NCBI GenBank assembly: GCA_964016885.1
Contig: OZ024742.1
Location: 361,398,001-361,462,000, forward strand
Length of the DNA stretch: 64,000 nt
Direction of reading: 5' to 3'
Source of the DNA: Eledone cirrhosa
Taxonomy: Eukaryota
The notes beneath the pieces are model-generated. The model was given only the letters and a program-made list of their open reading frames with translations, was not told where the DNA came from and did no database searches. Positions 15,001-30,000 of the stretch are shown here, one piece after another. The translations under genes were made by a program, and so were the position numbers. The first letter of the stretch is position 1, and each line of letters begins with the position of its first letter.

Positions 15001-18000
15001 CAATGGCCCTTCTCCACAGCAATACCTCTGTCATGTATATAGGGAATGGCTGTCAATGGCCCTTCTCCACAGTGATACCTCTGTCATATCTACAGGGAAT
15101 ATCTGTCAATGGCCCATCACTATAGTGATACCTCTGTCATGTCTATAGGGAATGGCTGTCAATGGCCCTCCTCCACAGTGATATCTCTGTCATGTCTACA
15201 GGGAATGGCTGTCAATGGCCCTTCTCCACAGTGATATCTCTGTCATGTCTACAGGGAATGGCTGTCAATGGCCCTTCTCCACAGCCATACCTCTGTCATG
15301 TCTACAGGGAGTGGCTCTAAATGGCCCTTCTCCACAGTGATACCTCTGTCATGTCTATAGGGAATGGCTCTCAATGGCCCTTCTCCACAGCAATACCTCT
15401 GTCATGTCTACAGGGAATGGCTGTCAATGGCCCTTCTCCACAGTGTTATCTCTGTCATGTCTACAGGGAATGGCTGTCAATGTCCCTTCACCACAGTGTT
15501 ATCTCTGTCATGTCTACAGGGAATGGCTGTCAATGGCCCTTCTCTACAGTGAAATCTCTGTAACGTCTACAGGGAATGGCTGTCAATGGCCCTTCTCCAC
15601 AGTGATACCTCTGTCATGTATACAGGGAATGGCTGTCAATGGCCCATCTCTATAGTGATACCTCTATCATGTCTACAAGGAATGGCTGGCAATAGCCCGT
15701 CTCCACAGTGATACCTCTGTCATTTCTGCAGGGTATGGCTGTTATTGGCCCTTCTCCACAGTGATACCTCTGTCATGTCTACAGGGAATGGCTGTCAATG
15801 GCCCTTCTCCACAGTGATATCTCTGTCATATCTACAGGGAATGGCTGTCAATGGTCCTTCTCCACAGAGATACCTTTGTCATGTCTATAGGGAATGGCTG
15901 TCAATGGCCCTTCTCCACAGTGATATCTCTGTCATGTCTATAGGGAATGGCTGTCAATGGCCCTTATCCACAGTGATATCTCTGTCATGTCTACAGGGAA
16001 TGACTCTCAATGGCCCTTCTCCACAGTGATATCTCTACCATGTCTACAGGGAATGGCTGTCAATGGACCTTCTCCACAGTGATCCCTCTACCATGTCTAC
16101 AGGGAATGGCTGTCAATGGTCCTTCTCCTCAGTGATACCTCTGTCATGTCTATAGGGAATGGCTGTCAATGGCCCTTATCCACAGTGATATCTCTGTCAT
16201 GTCTACAGGGAATGGCTGTCAATGGCCCTTCTCCACAGTGTTATCTCTGTCATGTCTACAGGGAATGGCTGTGAATAGCCCTTCTCCACAGTGATACATC
16301 TGTCATGTCTACAGGGAATGGCTGTCAATGGCCCGTCTCCACAGTGATACCTCTGTCATGTGTACAAGGAATGGCTGTCAATGGCCCTTCTCCACAGTGA
16401 TACCTCTTTCATGTCTACAGGGAATGGCTATCAATGGCCCTTCTCCACAGTGATACCTCTGTCATGTCTACAAGGAATGGCTGTCGATGACCCTTCTCTA
16501 CAGTAATACCTCTGTCATGTCTACAGGGAATGGCTGTAAATGGCCCTTGTCCACAGTGATACCTCTGTCATGTCTACAAGGAATGGTCGTCAATGGCCCT
16601 TCTCCACAGTGATACCTCTGTCATGTCTACAAGGAATGGCTGTCGATGACCCTTCTCTACAGTAATACCTCTGTCATGTCTACAAGGAATGGTCGTCAAT
16701 GGCCCTTCTCCACAGTGATACCTCTGTCATGTCTACAAGGAATGGCTGTCGATGACCCTTCTCTACAGTAATACCTCTGTCATGTCTACAAGGAATGGCT
16801 GTCGATGAGCCTTCTCCACAGCAATAACTCTGTCATGTGTACAGGAAATAGCTGTCAATAGCCCTTCTCAACAGTGATATCTCTGTCATGTCTACAGGGA
16901 ATGGCTGTCAATAGCCCTTCTCCACAGTGATACCTCTGTCATGTCTATAGGGAATGGCTGTCAATGGCCCTTCTCCACAGTGATATCTCTGTCATGTCTA
17001 CAGGGAATGGCTGTCAATGGCCCTTCTCCACAGTGATACCTCTGTCATGTCTACAAGGAATGGCTGGCAATAGCCCATCTCCACAATGATACCTCTGTCA
17101 TGTCTACAGGGTATGGCTGTCATTGGCCCTTCTCCACAGTGATACCTCTGTCATGTCTATAGGGAATGGCTCTCAATGGCCCTTCTCCACAGCAATACCT
17201 CTGTCATGTTTACAGGGAATGGCTGTCAATGGCCCTTCTCCACAGTGTTATCTCTGTCATATTACAGGGAATGGCTGTCAATGGCTTTTCTCCACAGTGA
17301 TACCTCTGTCATGTCTACAGGGAATGGCTGTCAATGGCCCTTCTCTACAGTGAGATCTCAGTCATGTCTACAGGGAATGGCTGTCAATGGCCCTTCTCCA
17401 CAGTGATACCTCTGTCATGTATACAGGGAATGGCTGTCAATGGCCCACTCCATAGTGATACCTCTGTCATGTCTACAAGGAATGGCTGGCAATAGCCCGT
17501 CTCCACTGTGATACCACTGTCATGTCTACAAGGAATGGCTGTCAATGGCCCCTCTCCACAGTGATACCTCTTTCATGTCTACAGGGAATGGCTGTCAATG
17601 GCCCTTCTCCACAGTGATATCTCTGTCATGTCTACAGGGAATGGCTGTCAATGGCCCTTCTCCACAGCCATACCTCTGTCATGTCTACAGGGAGTGGCTC
17701 TAAATGGCCCTTCTCCACAGTGATACCTCTGTCATGTCTATAGGGAATGGCTCTCAATGGCCCTTCTCCACAGCAATACCTCTGTCATGTCTACAGGGAA
17801 TGGCTGTCAATTTCCCTTCTCCACAGTGTTATCTCTGTCATGTCTACAGGGAATGGCTGTCAATGGCTTTTCTCCACAGTGATACCTCTGTCATGTCTAC
17901 AGGGAATGGCTGTCAATGGCCCTTCTCCACAGTGTTATCTCTGTCATGTCCACAGGGAATGTCTGTCAATGGCTTTTCTCCACAGTGATACCTCTGTCAT

Positions 18001-21000
18001 GTCTACAGGGAATGGCTGTCAATGGCCCTTCTCTACAGTGAGATCTCTGTAATGTCTACAGGGAATGGCTGTCAATGGCCCATCTCTATAGTGATACCTC
18101 TGTCATGTCTACAAGGAATGGCTGGCAATAGCCCGTCTCCACAGTGATACCTCTGTCATGTCTACAGGGTATGGCTGTCATTGGCCCTTCTCCACAGTGA
18201 TACCTCTGTCATGTCTATAGGGAATGGCTCTCAATGGCCCTTCTCCACAGCAATACCTCTGTCATGTCTACAGGGAATGGCTGTCAATGGCCCTTCTCCA
18301 CAGTGTTATCTCTGTCATATCTACAGGGAATGGCTGTCAATGGCTTTTCTCCACAGTGATACCTCTGTCATGTCTACAGGGAATGGCTGTCAATGGCCCT
18401 TCTCTACAGTGAGATCGCTGTCATGTCTACAGGGAATGGCTGTCAATGGCCCATCTCTATAGTGATACCTCTGTCATGTCTACAAGGAATGGCTGGCAAT
18501 AGCCCGTCTCCACAGTGGTACCTCTGTCATGTCTACAGGGTATGGCTGTCATTGGCCCTTCTCCACAGTGATACCTCTGTCATGTCTATAGGGAATGGCT
18601 CTCAATGGCCCTTCTCCAAGGTGATACCTCTGTCATGTCTACAAGGAATGGCTGTCGATGACCCTTCTCCACAGAGATACCTCTGACATGTCTACAAGGA
18701 ATGGCTGTCAATGGCCCTTCTCCACAGTGATATCTCTGTCATGTCCACAAGGAATGGCTGTCGATGACCCTTCTCCACAGCAATACCTCTGTCATGTCTA
18801 CAGGGAATGGCTGTCAATGGCCCTTCTCCACAGTGATATCTCTGTCATATCTACAGGGAATGGCTGTCAATGGTCCTTCTCCACAGTGATATCTCTGTCA
18901 TGTCTATAGGGAATGGCTGTCAATGGCCCTTATCCACAGTGATATCTCTGTCATGTCTACAGGGAATGGCTGTCAATGTCCCTTCTCCACAGTGTTATCT
19001 CTGTCATGTCTACAGGGAATGGCTGTGAATAGCCCTTCTCCACAGTGATACCTCTGTCATGTCTACAGGGAATGGCTGTCAATGGCCCGTCTCCACAGTG
19101 ATACCTCTGCCATGTGTACAAGGAATGGCTCTCAATGGCCCTTCTCCACAGTGATACCTCTTTCATGTCTACAGGAAATGGCTATCAATGGCCCTTCTCC
19201 ACAGTGATATCGCTGTCATGTCTACAGGGAATGGCTGTCAATGGCCCTTCTCCACAGCAATACCTCTGTCATGTCTAGAGGGTATGGCTGTCATTGGCCC
19301 TTCTCCACATTGATACCTCTGTCATGTGTATAGGGAATGGCTCTCAATGGCCCTTCTCCACAGCAATACCTCTGTCATGTCTACAGGGAATGGCTGTCAA
19401 TGGCTGTCAATGGCCCTTCTCCACAGTGATACCTCTGTCATGTCTATAGGGAATGGCTGTCAAATTGCCCTTCTCCACAGTGATACATCTGTCATATCTA
19501 CAGGGAATGGCTGTCAATGGCCCTTCTCCACAGCAATACCTCTGTCATGTCTGCAGGGAATGGCTGTCAATGGCCCTTCTCCACAGTGTTATCTCTGTCA
19601 TGTCTACAGGGAATGGCTGTCAATGGCGCTTCTTCACAGTGATACCTCTGTCATGTCTACAGGGAATGGCTGTCAATGGCCCTTCTCCACAGCAATGCCC
19701 TTGTCATGTCTACAGGGAATGGCTGTCAATGGCCCTTCTCCACAGTGATACCTCTGTCATGTCTACAGGGAATGGCTGTCAATGGCCCTTCTCCACATTG
19801 TTATCTCTGTCATGTCTACAGGGAATGGCTGTCAATGGCCCTTCTCCACAGCAATACCTCTGTCATGTCTACAGGGAATGGCTGTCAATGGCCCTTCTCC
19901 ACAGTGATACCTCTGTCATGTCTATAAGGAATGGCTGTCAATGGCCCTTCTCCACAGCAATACCTCTGTCATGTCTACAGGGAATGGCTGTCAATGGCCC
20001 TTCTCCACAGCAATACCTCTGTCATGTCTACAGGGAATGGCTGTCAATGGCCCTTCTCCACAGTGATACCTCTGTCATGTCTATAGGGAATGGCTGTCAA
20101 TGGCCCTTCTCCACAGCAATACCTCTGTCATGTCTACAGGGAATGGCTGTCAATGGCCCTTCTCCACAGTGATACCTCTGTCATATCTACAGGGAATATC
20201 TGTCAATGGCCCATCACTATAGTGATACCTCTGTCATGTCTATAGGGAATGGCTGTCAATGGCCCTTCTCCACAGTGATATCTCTGTCATGTCTACATGG
20301 AATGGCTGTCAATGGCCCTTCTCCACAGCAATATCTCTGTCATGTCTACAGGGAATGGCTGTCAATGGCCCTTCTCCACAGTGATATCTCTGTCATGTCT
20401 ACAGGGAATGGCTGTCAATGGCCCTTCTCCACAGCCATACCTCTGTCATGTCTACAGGGAGTGGCTCTAAATGGCCCTTCTCCACAGTGATACCTCTGTC
20501 ATGTCTATAGGGAATGGCTCTCAATGGCCCTTCTCCACAGCAATACCTCTGTCATGTCTACAGGGAATGGCTGTCAATGGCCCTTCTCCACAGTGTTATC
20601 TCTGTTATGTCTACAGGGAATGGCTGTCAATGTCCCTTCACCACAGTGTTTCCTCTGTCATGTCTACAGGGAATGGCTGTCAATGGCCCTTCTCTACAGT
20701 GAAATCTCTGTAACGTCTACAGGGAATGGCTGTCAATGGCCCTTCTTCACAGTGATACCTCTGTCATGTATACAGGGAATGGCTGTCAATGGCCCATCTC
20801 TATAGTGATACCTCTGTCATGTCTACAAGGAATGGCTGGCAATAGCCCGTCTCCACAGTGATACCTCTGTCATTTCTACAGGGTATGGCTGTCATTGGCC
20901 CTTCTCCACAGTGATACCTCTGTCATGTCTATAGGGAATGACTCTCAATGGCCCTTCTCCACAGCAATACCTCTGTCATGTCTACAGGGAATGGCTGTCA

Positions 21001-24000
21001 ATGGCCCTTCTCCACAGTGTTATCTCTGTCATGTCTACAGGGAATGGCTGTGAATAGCCCTTCTCCACAGTGATACCTCTGTCATGTCTACAGGGAATGG
21101 CTGTCAATGGCCCGTCTCCACAGTGATACCTCTGCCATGTGTACAAGGAATGGCTCTCAATGGCCCTTCTCCACAGTGATACCTCTTTCATGTCTACAGG
21201 AAATGGCTATCAATGGCCCTTCTCCACAGTGATATCGCTGTCATGTCTACAGGGAATGGCTGTCAATGGCCCTTCTCCACAGCAATACCTCTGTCATGTC
21301 TAGAGGGTATGGCTGTCATTGGCCCTTCTCCACATTGATACCTCTGTCATGTGTATAGGGAATGGCTCTCAATGGCCCTTCTCCACAGCAATACCTCTGT
21401 CATGTCTACAGGGAATGGCTGTCAATGGCTGTCAATGGCCCTTCTCCACAGTGATACCTCTGTCATGTCTATAGGGAATGGCTGTCAAATTGCCCTTCTC
21501 CACAGTGATACATCTGTCATATCTACAGGGAATGGCTGTCAATGGCCCTTCTCCACAGCAATACCTCTGTCATGTCTGCAGGGAATGGCTGTCAATGGCC
21601 CTTCTCCACAGTGTTATCTCTGTCATGTCTACAGGGAATGGCTGTCAATGGCGCTTCTTCACAGTGATACCTCTGTCATGTCTACAGGGAATGGCTGTCA
21701 ATGGCCCTTCTCCACAGCAATGCCCTTGTCATGTCTACAGGGAATGGCTGTCAATGGCCCTTCTCCACAGTGATACCTCTGTCATGTCTACAGGGAATGG
21801 CTGTCAATGGCCCTTCTCCACATTGTTATCTCTGTCATGTCTACAGGGAATGGCTGTCAATGGCCCTTCTCCACAGCAATACCTCTGTCATGTCTACAGG
21901 GAATGGCTGTCAATGGCCCTTCTCCACAGTGATACCTCTGTCATGTCTATAAGGAATGGCTGTCAATGGCCCTTCTCCACAGCAATACCTCTGTCATGTC
22001 TACAGGGAATGGCTGTCAATGGCCCTTCTCCACAGCAATACCTCTGTCATGTCTACAGGGAATGGCTGTCAATGGCCCTTCTCCACAGTGATACCTCTGT
22101 CATGTCTATAGGGAATGGCTGTCAATGGCCCTTCTCCACAGCAATACCTCTGTCATGTCTACAGGGAATGGCTGTCAATGGCCCTTCTCCACAGTGATAC
22201 CTCTGTCATATCTACAGGGAATATCTGTCAATGGCCCATCACTATAGTGATACCTCTGTCATGTCTATAGGGAATGGCTGTCAATGGCCCTTCTCCACAG
22301 TGATATCTCTGTCATGTCTACATGGTATGGCTGTCAATGGCCCTTCTCCACAGCAATATCTCTGTCATGTCTACAGGGAATGGCTGTCAATGGCCCTTCT
22401 CCACAGTGATATCTCTGTCATGTCTACAGGGAATGGCTGTCAATGGCCCTTCTCCACAGCCATACCTCTGTCATGTCTACAGGGAGTGGCTCTAAATGGC
22501 CCTTCTCCACAGTGATACCTCTGTCATGTCTATAGGGAATGGCTCTCAATGGCCCTTCTCCACAGCAATACCTCTGTCATGTCTACAGGGAATGGCTGTC
22601 AATGGCCCTTCTCCACAGTGTTATCTCTGTTATGTCTACAGGGAATGGCTGTCAATGTCCCTTCACCACAGTGTTTCCTCTGTCATGTCTACAGGGAATG
22701 GCTGTCAATGGCCCTTCTCTACAGTGAAATCTCTGTAACGTCTACAGGGAATGGCTGTCAATGGCCCTTCTTCACAGTGATACCTCTGTCATGTATACAG
22801 GGAATGGCTGTCAATGGCCCATCTCTATAGTGATACCTCTGTCATGTCTACAAGGAATGGCTGGCAATAGCCCGTCTCCACAGTGATACCTCTGTCATTT
22901 CTACAGGGTATGGCTGTCATTGGCCCTTCTCCACAGTGATACCTCTGTCATGTCTATAGGGAATGACTCTCAATGGCCCTTCTCCACAGCAATACCTCTG
23001 TCATGTCTACAGGGAATGGCTGTCAATGGCCCTTCTCCACAGTGTTATCTCTGTCATGTCTACAGGGAATGGCTGTGAATAGCCCTTCTCCACAGTGATA
23101 CCTCTGTCATGTCTACAGGGAATGGCTGTCAATGGCCCGTCTCCACAGTGATACCTCTGCCATGTGTACAAGGAATGGCTGTCAATGGCCCTTCTCCACA
23201 GTGATACCTCTTTCATGTCTACAGGGAATGGCTATCAATGGCCCTTCTCCACAGTGATATCGCTGTCATGTCTACAGGGAATGGCTGTCAATGGCTCTTC
23301 TCCACAGCAATACCTCTGTCATGTCTAGAGGGTATGGCTGTCATTGGCCCTTCTCCACAGTGATACCTCTGTCATGTGTATAGGGAATGGCTCTCAATGG
23401 CCCTTCTCCACAGCAATACCTCTGTCATGTCTACAGGGAATGGCTGTCAATGGCCCTTCTCCACAGTGATACCTCTGTCATGTCTATAGGGAATGGCTGT
23501 CAAATTGCCCTTCTCCACAGTGATACATCTGTCATATCTACAGGGAATGGCTGTCAATGGCCCTTCTCCACAGCAATACCTCTGTCATGTCTGCAGGGAA
23601 TGGCTGTCAATGGCCCTTCTCCACAGTGTTATCTCTGTCATGTCTACAGGGAATGGCTGTCAATGGCGCTTCTTCACAGTGATACCTCTGTCATGTCTAC
23701 AGGGAATGGCTGTCAATGGCCCTTCTCCACAGCAATGCCCTTGTCATGTCTACAGGGAATGGCTGTCAATGGCCCTTCTCCACAGTGATACCTCTGTCAT
23801 GTCTACAGGGAATGGCTGTCAATGGCCCTTCTCCACAGCGATACCTCTGTCATGTCTATAGGGAATGGCTGTCAATGGCCCTTATCCACAGCAATACCTC
23901 TGTCATGTCTACAGGGAATGGCTGTCAATGGCCCTTCTCCACAGCAATACCTCTGTCATGTCTACAGGGAATGGCTGTCAATGGCCCTTCTCCACAGTGA

Positions 24001-27000
24001 TACCTCTGTCATGTCTATAGGGAATGGCTGTCAATGGCCCTTCTCCACAGCAATACCTCTGTCATGTCTACAGGGAATGGCTGTCAATGGCCCTTCTCCA
24101 CAGTGATACCTCTGTCATATCTACAGGGAATATCTGTCAATGGCCCATCACTATAGTGATACCTCTGTCATGTCTATAGGGAATGGCTGTCAATGGCCCT
24201 TCTCCACAGTGATATCTCTGTCATGTCTACATGGAATGGCTGTCAATGGCCCTTCTCCACAGCAATATCTCTGTCATGTCTACAGGGAATGGCTGTCAAT
24301 GGCCCTTCTCCACAGTGATATCTCTGTCATGTCTACAGGGAATGGCTGTCAATGGCCCTTCTCCACAGCCATACCTCTGTCATGTCTACAGGGAGTGGCT
24401 TAAATGGCCCTTCTCCACAGTGATACCTCTGTCATGTCTATAGGGAATGGCTCTCAATGGCCCTTCTCCACAGCAATACCTCTGTCATGTCTACAGGGAA
24501 TGGCTGTCAATGGCCCTTCTCCACAGTGTTATCTCTGTCATGTCTACAGGGAATGGCTGTCAATGTCCCTTCACCACAGTGTTATCTCTGTCATGTCTAC
24601 AGGGAATGGCTGTCAATGGCCCTTCTCTACAGTGAAATCTCTGTAACGTCTACAGGGAATGGCTGTCAATGGCCCTTCTCCACAGTGATACCTCTGTCAT
24701 GTATACAGGGAATGGCTGTCAATGGCCCATCTCTATAGTGATACCTCTGTCATGTCTACAAGGAATGGCTGGCAATAGCCCGTCTCCACAGTGATACCTC
24801 TGTCATTTCTACAGGGTATGGCTGTCATTGGCCCTTCTCCACAGTGATACCTCTGTCATGTCTATAGGGAATGGCTCTCAATGGCCCTTCTCCACAGCAA
24901 TACCTCTGTCATGTCTACAGGGAATGGCTGTCAATGTCCCTTCTCCACAGTGTTATCTCTGTCATGTCTACAGGGAATGGCTGTCAATGGCTTTTCTCCA
25001 CAGTGATACCTCTGTCATGTCTACAGGGAATGGCTGTCAATGGCCCTTCTCCACAGTGTTATCTCTGTCTTGTCCACAGGGAATGTCTGTCAATGGCTTT
25101 TCTCCACAGTGATACCTCTGTCATGTCTACAGGGAATGGCTGTCAATGGCCCTTCTCTACAGTGAGATCTCTGTCATGTCTACAGGGAATGGCTGTCAAT
25201 GGCCCATCTCTATAGTGATACCTCTGTCATGTCTACAAGGAATGGCTGGCAATAGCCCGTCTCCACAGTGATACCTCTGTCATGTCTACAGGGTATGGCT
25301 GTCATTGGCCCTTCTCCACAGTGATACCTCTGTCATGTCTATAGGGAATGGCTCTCAATGGCCCTTCTCCACAGCAATACCTCTGTCATGTCTACAGGGA
25401 ATGGCTGTCAATGGCCCTTCTCCACAGTGTTATCTCTGTCATATCTACAGGGAATGGCTGTCAATGGCTTTTCTCCACAGTGATACCTCTGTCATGTCTA
25501 CAGGGAATGGCTGTCAATGGCCCTTCTCTACAGTGAGATCTCTGTCATGTCTACAGGGAATGGCTGTCAATGGCCCATCTCTATAGTGATACCTCTGTCA
25601 TGTCTACAAGGAATGGCTGGCAATAGCCCGTCTCCACAGTGGTACCTCTGTCATGTCTACAGGGTATGGCTGTCATTGGCCCTTCTCCACAGTGATACCT
25701 CTGTCATGTCTATAGGGAATGGCTCTCAATGGCCCTTCTCCAAGGTGATACCTCTGTCATGTCTACAAGGAATGGCTGTCGATGACCCTTCTCCACAGAG
25801 ATGCCTCTGACATGTCTACAAGGAATGGCTGTCAATGGCCCTTCTCCACAGTGATATCTCTGTCATGTCCACAAGGAATGGCTGTCGATGACCCTTCTCC
25901 ACAGCAATACCTCTGTCATGTCTACAGGGAATGGCTGTCAATGGCCCTTCTCCACAGTGATATCTCTGTCATATCTACAGGGAATGGCTGTCAATGGTCC
26001 TTCTCCACAGAGATACCTTTGTCATGTCTATAGGGAATGGCTGTCAATGGCCCTTCTCCACAGTGATATCTCTGTCATGTCTATAGGGAATGGCTGTCAA
26101 TGGCCCTTATCCACAGTGATATCTCTGTCATGTCTACAGGGAATGGCTGTCAATGGCCCTTCTCCACAGTGTTATCTCTGTCATGTCTACAGGGAATGGC
26201 TGTGAATAGCCCTTCTCCACAGTGATACCTCTGTCATGTCTACAGGGAATGGCTGTCAATGGCCCGTCTCCACAGTGATACCTCTGCCATGTGTACAAGG
26301 AATGGCTGTCAATGGCCCTTCTCCACAGTGATACCTCTTTCATGTCTACAGGGAATGGCTATCAATGGCCCTTCTCCACAGTGATATCGCTGTCATGTCT
26401 ACAGGGAATGGCTGTCAATGGCTCTTCTCCACAGCAATACCTCTGTCATGTCTAGAGGGTATGGCTGTCATTGGCCCTTCTCCACATTGATACCTCTGTC
26501 ATGTGTATAGGGAATGGCTCTCAATGGCCCTTCTCCACAGCAATACCTCTGTCATGTCTACAGGGAATGGCTGTCAATGGCCCTTCTCCACAGTGATACC
26601 TCTGTCATGTCTATAGGGAATGGCTGTCAAATTGCCCTTCTCCACAGTGATACATCTGTCATATCTACAGGGAATGGCTGTCAATGGCCCTTCTCCACAG
26701 CAATACCTCTGTCATGTCTGCAGGGAATGGCTGTCAATGGCCCTTCCCCACAGTGTTATCTCTGTCATGTCTACAGGGAATGGCTGTCAATGGCGCTTCT
26801 TCACAGTGATACCTCTGTCATGTCTACAGGGAATGGCTGTCAATGGCCCTTCTCCACAGCAATGCCCTTGTCATGTCTACAGGGAATGGCTGTCAATGGC
26901 CCTTCTCCACAGTGATACCTCTGTCATGTCTACAGGGAATGGCTGTCAATGGCCCCTCTCCACATTGTTATCTCTGTCATGTCTACAGGGAATGGCTGTC

Positions 27001-30000
27001 AATGGCCCTTCTCCACAGCAATACCTCTGTCATGTCTACAGGGAATGGCTGTCAATGGCCCTTCTCCACAGTGATACCTCTGTCATGTCTATAGGGAATG
27101 GCTGTCAATGGCCCTTCTCCACAGCAATACCTCTGTCATGTCTACAGGGAATGGCTGTCAATGGCCCTTCTCCACAGCAATACCTCTGTCATGTCTACAG
27201 GGAATGGCTGTCAATGGCCCTTCTCCACAGTGATACCTCTGTCATGTCTATAGGGAATGGCTGTCAATGGCCCTTCTCCACAGCAATACCTCTGTCATGT
27301 CTACAGGGAATGGCTGTCAATGGCCCTTCTCCACAGTGATACCTCTGTCATATCTACAGGGAATATCTGTCAATGGCCCATCACTATAGTGATACCTCTG
27401 TCATGTCTATAGGGAATGGCTGTCAATGGCCCTTCTCCACAGTGATATCTCTGTCATGTCTACATGGAATGGCTGTCAATGGCCCTTCTCCACAGCAATA
27501 TCTCTGTCATGTCTACAGGGAATGGCTGTCAATGGCCCTTCTCCACAGTGATATCTCTGTCATGTCTACAGGGAATGGCTGTCAATGGCCCTTCTCCACA
27601 GCCATACCTCTGTCATGTCTACAGGGAGTGGCTCTAAATGGCCCTTCTCCACAGTGATACCTCTGTCATGTCTATAGGGAATGGCTCTCAATGGCCCTTC
27701 TCCACAGCAATACCTCTGTCATGTCTACAGGGAATGGCTGTCAATGGCCCTTCTCCACAGTGTTATCTCTGTCATGTCTACAGGGAATGGCTGTCAATGT
27801 CCCTTCACCACAGTGTTACCTCTGTCATGTCTACAGGGAATGGCTGTCAATGGCCCTTCTCTACAGTGAAATCTCTGTAACGTCTACAGGGAATGGCTGT
27901 CAATGGCCCTTCTCCACAGTGATACCTCTGTCATGTATACAGGGAATGGCTGTCAATGGCCCATCTCTATAGTGATACCTCTGTCATGTCTACAAGGAAT
28001 GGCTGGCAATAGCCCGTCTCCACAGTGATACCTCTGTCATTTCTACAGGTTATGGCTGTCATTGGCCCTTCTCCACAGTGATACCTCTGTCATGTCTATA
28101 GGGAATGACTCTCAATGGCCCTTCTCCACAGCAATACCTCTGTCATGTCTACAGGGAATGGCTGTCAATGGCCCTTCTCCACAGTGTTATCTCTGTCATG
28201 TCTACAGGGAATGGCTGTGAATAGCCCTTCTCCACAGTGATACCTCTGTCATGTCTACAGGGAATGGCTGTCAATGGCCCGTCTCCACAGTGATACCTCT
28301 GCCATGTGTACAAGGAATGGCTGTCAATGGCCCTTCTCCACAGTGATACCTCTTTCATGTCTACAGGGAATGGCTATCAATGGCCCTTCTCCACAGTGAT
28401 ATCGCTGTCATGTCTACAGGGAATGGCTGTCAATGGCTCTTCTCCACAGCAATACCTCTGTCATGTCTAGAGGGTATGGCTGTCATTGGCCCTTCTCCAC
28501 AGTGATACCTCTGTCATGTGTATAGGGAATGGCTCTCAATGGCCCTTCTCCACAGCAATACCTCTGTCATGTCTACAGGGAATGGCTGTCAATGGCCCTT
28601 CTCCACAGTGATACCTCTGTCATGCCTATAGGGAATGGCTGTCAAATTGCCCTTCTCCACAGTGATACATCTATCATATCTACAGGGAATGGCTGTCAAT
28701 GGCCCTTCTCCACAGCAATACCTCTGTCATGTCTGCAGGGAATGGCTGTCAATGGCCCTTCTCCACAGTGTTATCTCTGTCATGTCTACAGGGAATGGCT
28801 GTCAATGGCGCTTCTTCACAGTGATACCTCTGTCATGTCTACAGGGAATGGCTGTCAATGGCCCTTCTCCACAGCAATGCCCTTGTCATGTCTACAGGGA
28901 ATGGCTGTCAATGGCCCTTCTCCACAGTGATACCTCTGTCATGTCTACAGGGAATGGCTGTCAATGGCCCTTCTCCACAGTGTTATCTCTGTCATGTCTA
29001 CAGGGAATGGCTGTCAATGGCCCTTCTCCACAGCAATACCTCTGTCATGTCTACAGGGAATGGCTGTCAATGGCCCTTCTCCACAGCGATACCTCTGTCA
29101 TGTCTATAGGGAATGGCTGTCAATGGCCCTTCTCCACAGCAATACCTCTGTCATGTCTACAGGGAATGGCTGTCAATGGCCCTTCTCCACAGCAATACCT
29201 CTGTCATGTCTACAGGGAATGGCTGTCAATGGCCCTTCTCCACAGTGATACCTCTGTCATGTCTATAGGGAATGGCTGTCAATGGCCCTTCTCCACAGCA
29301 ATACCTCTGTCATGTCTACAGGGAATGGCTGTCAATGGCCCTTCTCCACAGTGATACCTCTGTCATATCTACAGGGAATATCTGTCAATGGCCCATCACT
29401 ATAGTGATACCTCTGTCATGTCTATAGGGAATGGCTGTCAATGGCCCTTCTCCACAGTGATATCTCTGTCATGTCTACATGGAATGGCTGTCAATGGCCC
29501 TTCTCCACAGCAATATCTCTGTCATGTCTACAGGGAATGGCTGTCAATGGCCCTTCTCCACAGTGATATCTCTGTCATGTCTACAGGGAATGGCTGTCAA
29601 TGGCCCTTCTCCACAGCCATACCTCTGTCATGTCTACAGGGAGTGGCTCTAAATGGCCCCTTCTCCACAGTGATACCTCTGTCATGTCTATAGGGAATGG
29701 CTCTCAATGGCCCTTCTCCACAGCAATACCTCTGTCATGTCTACAGGGAATGGCTGTCAATGGCCCTTCTCCACAGTGTTATCTCTGTCATGTCTACAGG
29801 GAATGGCTGTCAATGTCCCTTCACCACAGTGTTATCTCTGTCATGTCTACAGGGAATGGCTGTCAATGGCCCTTCTCTACAGTGAAATCTCTGTAACGTC
29901 TACAGGGAATGGCTGTCAATGGCCCTTCTCCACAGTGATACCTCTGTCATGTATACAGGGAATGGCTGTCAATGGCCCATCTCTATAGTGATACCTCTGT